Positions 48,213 through 51,531 of a stretch of DNA of 51,531 nt are shown one piece after another. The notes beneath the pieces are model-generated. The model saw only the letters and a list, made by a program, of their open reading frames with translations. It searched no databases and was not told where the DNA came from. The position numbers and the translations under genes are program-made. Source of the stretch: Mesotaenium endlicherianum (taxonomy: Eukaryota); assembly GCA_009602735.1 (NCBI GenBank), contig WELA01001161.1, forward strand, positions 82,467 to 133,997, given 5' to 3'. Numbering within the stretch: position 1 is the first letter of the stretch; every line of letters starts with the position of its first letter.

Positions 48213-51200
48213 ATGTTGAACTTTCGTCGAAGTGAGAATCTATTCCACAGGCTGCAGGCTCGTCAGATCAATCACCCTCCGCCTGGCACTCAGGTACGTA
48301 GCCCTGATCCATTAAGCTCCGCAAAAGTCCTGCCGTCACATCAGTGTTCGTTAGTCGTCCATCCAGTCCTCTTCAGAACGCTTAGTCTGATCCAAGCAGA
48401 ACCTTTGGAAGGTAACATGCTTGGGTTGTTGAGCTCGCTGCGCCGTTTTTGGTCAGAAGGACAGCGAAACGTTCGATCTAAAATCGGCTTATGCTAGCTC
48501 AAGTAATGCAAGGGGGATTGACAGCTGCAAGGGAGATACAGTAGTGGGTCTTTTCCCCCTGAAGTTTAGTCGAGGGGCGGTCGTCGTGTGAGCCCACTGG
48601 AAGCAGCAGGCAGCTTGGACGACTCTCTCATTTCATCTCAAGCTTGTGTGTCTGGCTCTCTCCAGCCTGTCAACTGCCGTATGTTTGTGACTCGTTCTTT
48701 CCAGAGCAGGCTCCTTCACTAGCCTTTGAGAGGAAGCTTTGCATCATTTTTCTCGCCCCCACCCTCCCATCCTCCCGCCCTCCTTCCGTCCAGCGGTTCC
48801 ACCCTCCCTCCCTCCCCTTCTCCCTCCCTCCCTTTCTCCCTTAGACTACACGTGAAGCAAGAGAAGCAGCAGCTTGATGTGCACTTCAGCAGCGAACTAG
48901 CTATCAGCAGTCACCCAAGTCTGGAGGCACGCAGACAAGCAGAGGTGCATCCAGGCTGGCCTGCAGCTGTGTAGGAAGGACAGGTGGGCCCATCTGCAGG
49001 GCTGCTGATGGGGATTGCACAGCAGCTCGTTGCTCCCTGGCGCCCGACACCTGGCGACTCCCGGGCTCCTGCCGTGCGGGGGGCAGGACAGACTCCCGGC
49101 TTGGAAGGGGAGGGGAGGAGGAATACTAACCTGGGGTTGGACTAAGAAGAGGGAAGGAAGGGGAGCGGGGGATTGCGCGGGCGGGCAGGCGGGGGGAGGA
49201 GAGGTGAACTCTGGGTGGGTCTGTGGACCCTCGTCTGGGAATTGCATTAAGTGGGAGGCGGGCGGCTGGGACGGGTGGCGGGCGGGCGGGCGGGCGGCAG
49301 GTTCACGGCGTGAGGCGGCTGTACGAGAACATCGTGCCGTCGCACACGGTGTTCGAGGTGGAGTGCCCCGACCACACGCTGCGACGCTTCTCGCACGATG
49401 GCCAGTTCCTCGTGTGCTTCTCGCGCAACGCGCACGAGCTTGTAGTGTACCGCCACCGCTGGCTCAGGTGTGCCTCTGCCGGTCCCTCCCCCCTCCCCTG
49501 GCCGTGCTGCTGCTGCTGCTGCCACCACCGCCACCACGACCATAAACTCCTGCTCCCTTTGCGCCCTTCCCTGGCGGGACAAATTTGTGGCACACCAGAG
49601 GAGCCGGCTTGGCGCTCTTTGCACGTCGGCTGCTTGCGTGTATGGCTTCCGCCTCTCCTCCTCTCCCTCCTCTCTTCCTCTCTCTTGTCTTCTCTCCTCA
49701 CTCACTCTGCACCCCGGCACACTCTACGCCCGCTCCCAGCTTGGTAAAACGCGCCCACTACTTCACTCTATGCACGCGTGAGATTGGCTCCTGATGCTCG
49801 TGGGGACTCCCCCCTCCTTGTCTCGGCCTTCCCCTCCTTGTCTCAGCCTTCCCTTCCTTCCTCAGTTCCCTCCCCTGCCCTTCCCCCTCCCTGCCCCCTT
49901 TTTCTCCCTCTACCTCTGCCTCCCACTCCATGCAATTCCTACCTCTTCCCAACCCCCCTCCCCCTTCACACCCCTTTCTCCACCCATTTCTCTTTCTGCT
50001 GCCGGCGCGCGCGGGCACCACACAACGCGCACACGCACGCCCACACCTACACACACACCTGCGCACACACATACACACACACACACACACACCTGCACAG
50101 AATCAGCACTCACACACTCACGCACACGCACGCGCACGCGCACGCGCAGCTACGGCACGCGGGGCGAGGAGGGCGATGAGGACCTGCGCGCCGACGGCCC
50201 CGACGGTGCGGGCGCGCTGCCCGCCAAGGCCAAGGCGTTTGACGCGCACTTCACGCAGCTCTACTGCGCCAACCTGGCGCAGGACAGCGAGGTCATCTGC
50301 AAGGAGTTCTTCCTGTGCACGCAGTCGAGCACGCATGGCATCTTTGCCACCGCGTCGCCGCCCACCAGCAGCCCCGCGCCCGCGCCCGGCGCCGTCGCCG
50401 GCGTGCCCTCCATGGACAGCATCACCTTCTTCCTCATCAGGTGGGCGGGCGACATGCGCGCGCGCACGCACCAGCGCATTTGGCCCTCCCTCCTGCAGCT
50501 GGTCGGCTGGCTGGCCTGCGCGGCCCTTTCGCCTGCGGCTGTCCGACTAGCTGGCTGCGCCTCGTAGTGTTGTGCTCTTGTTTTGTGCTCTCCTTCCTCG
50601 TCTATTTCTGCGGTCTTTCTGCGCCCTTGACCGCGCCCCTCGGCCCTCAGCCCCTTTCTCCTTCCCCCAAACGGTGTTCAATCCCTCCCTCCCCCTCCGC
50701 TTCCCTCCCCCTTGCTTATCCTCTCTCGGCACTTGCTCTCTTGCTCCGCTCCCTCTTTTTCCTGGCCCTGCCTGGCAGCCGGGCTGGCAGGCCTCCTGGC
50801 CATCATCTGCTGGCCTGCGCCAGCCATCCAGTAGCGCGCTGTTGCCTGCCAGCTGGCACCATGAGGGCTGCTACAATGTGCTTTGGCGTCGTGCGGTGCC
50901 CCCGCAGATGAGACTCGTTCCGGCGTGCTGTTTTGCTGCTTGCTTATTGGGCAAGCACGCGCACATGTCCAGAGGTGCGCGCACGTGTGCATGCCAGCTC
51001 ACGTGCGCATGTGCGCCCGCACACACAGGACTGCACAGCCTGTCTGACCTATTTGTGTGCCACCTGGCGCTTGGTCCTCCCCGTTCTGGAGGTGCGGGCT
51101 GTTTCCTGCTGCTGTTGCCGCCTACCTCTGACTCGCTGTCTCACTACCTGCCACCTGCCCGCCTGGCCTCGTGCCTATTGCCTGTCGCCCTGGCGCCCTG

Positions 51201-51448
51201 CCCCCGCTGCCCACCCGCGCGTTGCTGACAATGCATGGAGTCTGCGTGCGTGCATGCGCGCGCGTGTTGGTGCGTGCGTGCAAGTGATTGCTCGGGGGGG
51301 CGCGCGCAGGCTGGCGGACGGGCACATTGCGGACCGGCGCACGTACAAGGACGACTACATGAACCTGTCGCACAACGCGGGCGTGTTCCTCTACGACGAC
51401 CTGCTGGCCGTGCTCAGCATCCGCTACCAGAGCATCCACATTCTCCAG
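48213..51448 (+). CDS. DET1: DE-ETIOLATED 1, 3'-partial
   Basis: Exons 48213-48293 (MLNFRRSENLFHRLQARQINHPPPGTQ), 49301-49467 (RRLYENIVPSHTVFEVECPDHTLRRFSHDGQFLVCFSRN), 50150-50440 (FDAHFTQLY...EVICKEFFL...GVPSMDSITFFLIR), 51310-51448 (LADG...DDYMNLSHNAGVFLYDDLLAVLSIRYQSIHILQ). The gene continues past the window end. Confidence 0.95.
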
Positions 51449-51531
51449 GTCCGCCGCCCGCCCGCCGCCCAGCCCGCGCTCCAACGGCTCCCTTGCTGCC
51501 GTGCCGCTCCCTGAGGCACCCGATGCCCCCC

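Noticed and set aside
22989..51448. Ubiquitin or cell-death themed gene cluster (ARM, F-box, BI1, DET1)
   Set aside because: These families are common in plant genomes and are interleaved with unrelated genes; the sequence gives no evidence of functional clustering.

Overview
Eukaryotic, intron-rich, plant-lineage draft sequence with N gaps. Gene content and intron style suggest a streptophyte alga such as a zygnematophyte (inference only). I reconstructed eight protein-coding genes by reading GT-AG junctions in frame: the 3' part of ALWAYS EARLY/LIN-9 (+); a SERK/LRR-II-like receptor kinase with degenerate catalytic motifs (-); a PUB-type ARM-repeat protein lacking a U-box (+), head-to-head with the kinase; an F-box/kelch-like protein (-); LYRM9 (-); an 11-exon CYP72-clan P450 (+); a BI1/Lifeguard-like protein (-); and the 5' part of DET1 (+). 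There are also two stop-interrupted ORF relics and several assembly artefacts. Main observations: (i) a probable LRR-II pseudokinase divergently paired with a U-box-less ARM protein; (ii) long introns with C/AC-rich 5' ends and G/GT-rich 3' ends instead of a polypyrimidine tract; (iii) a jump in GC3 after exon 1; (iv) a candidate shared promoter motif. No RNA genes or CRISPR arrays were recognised.
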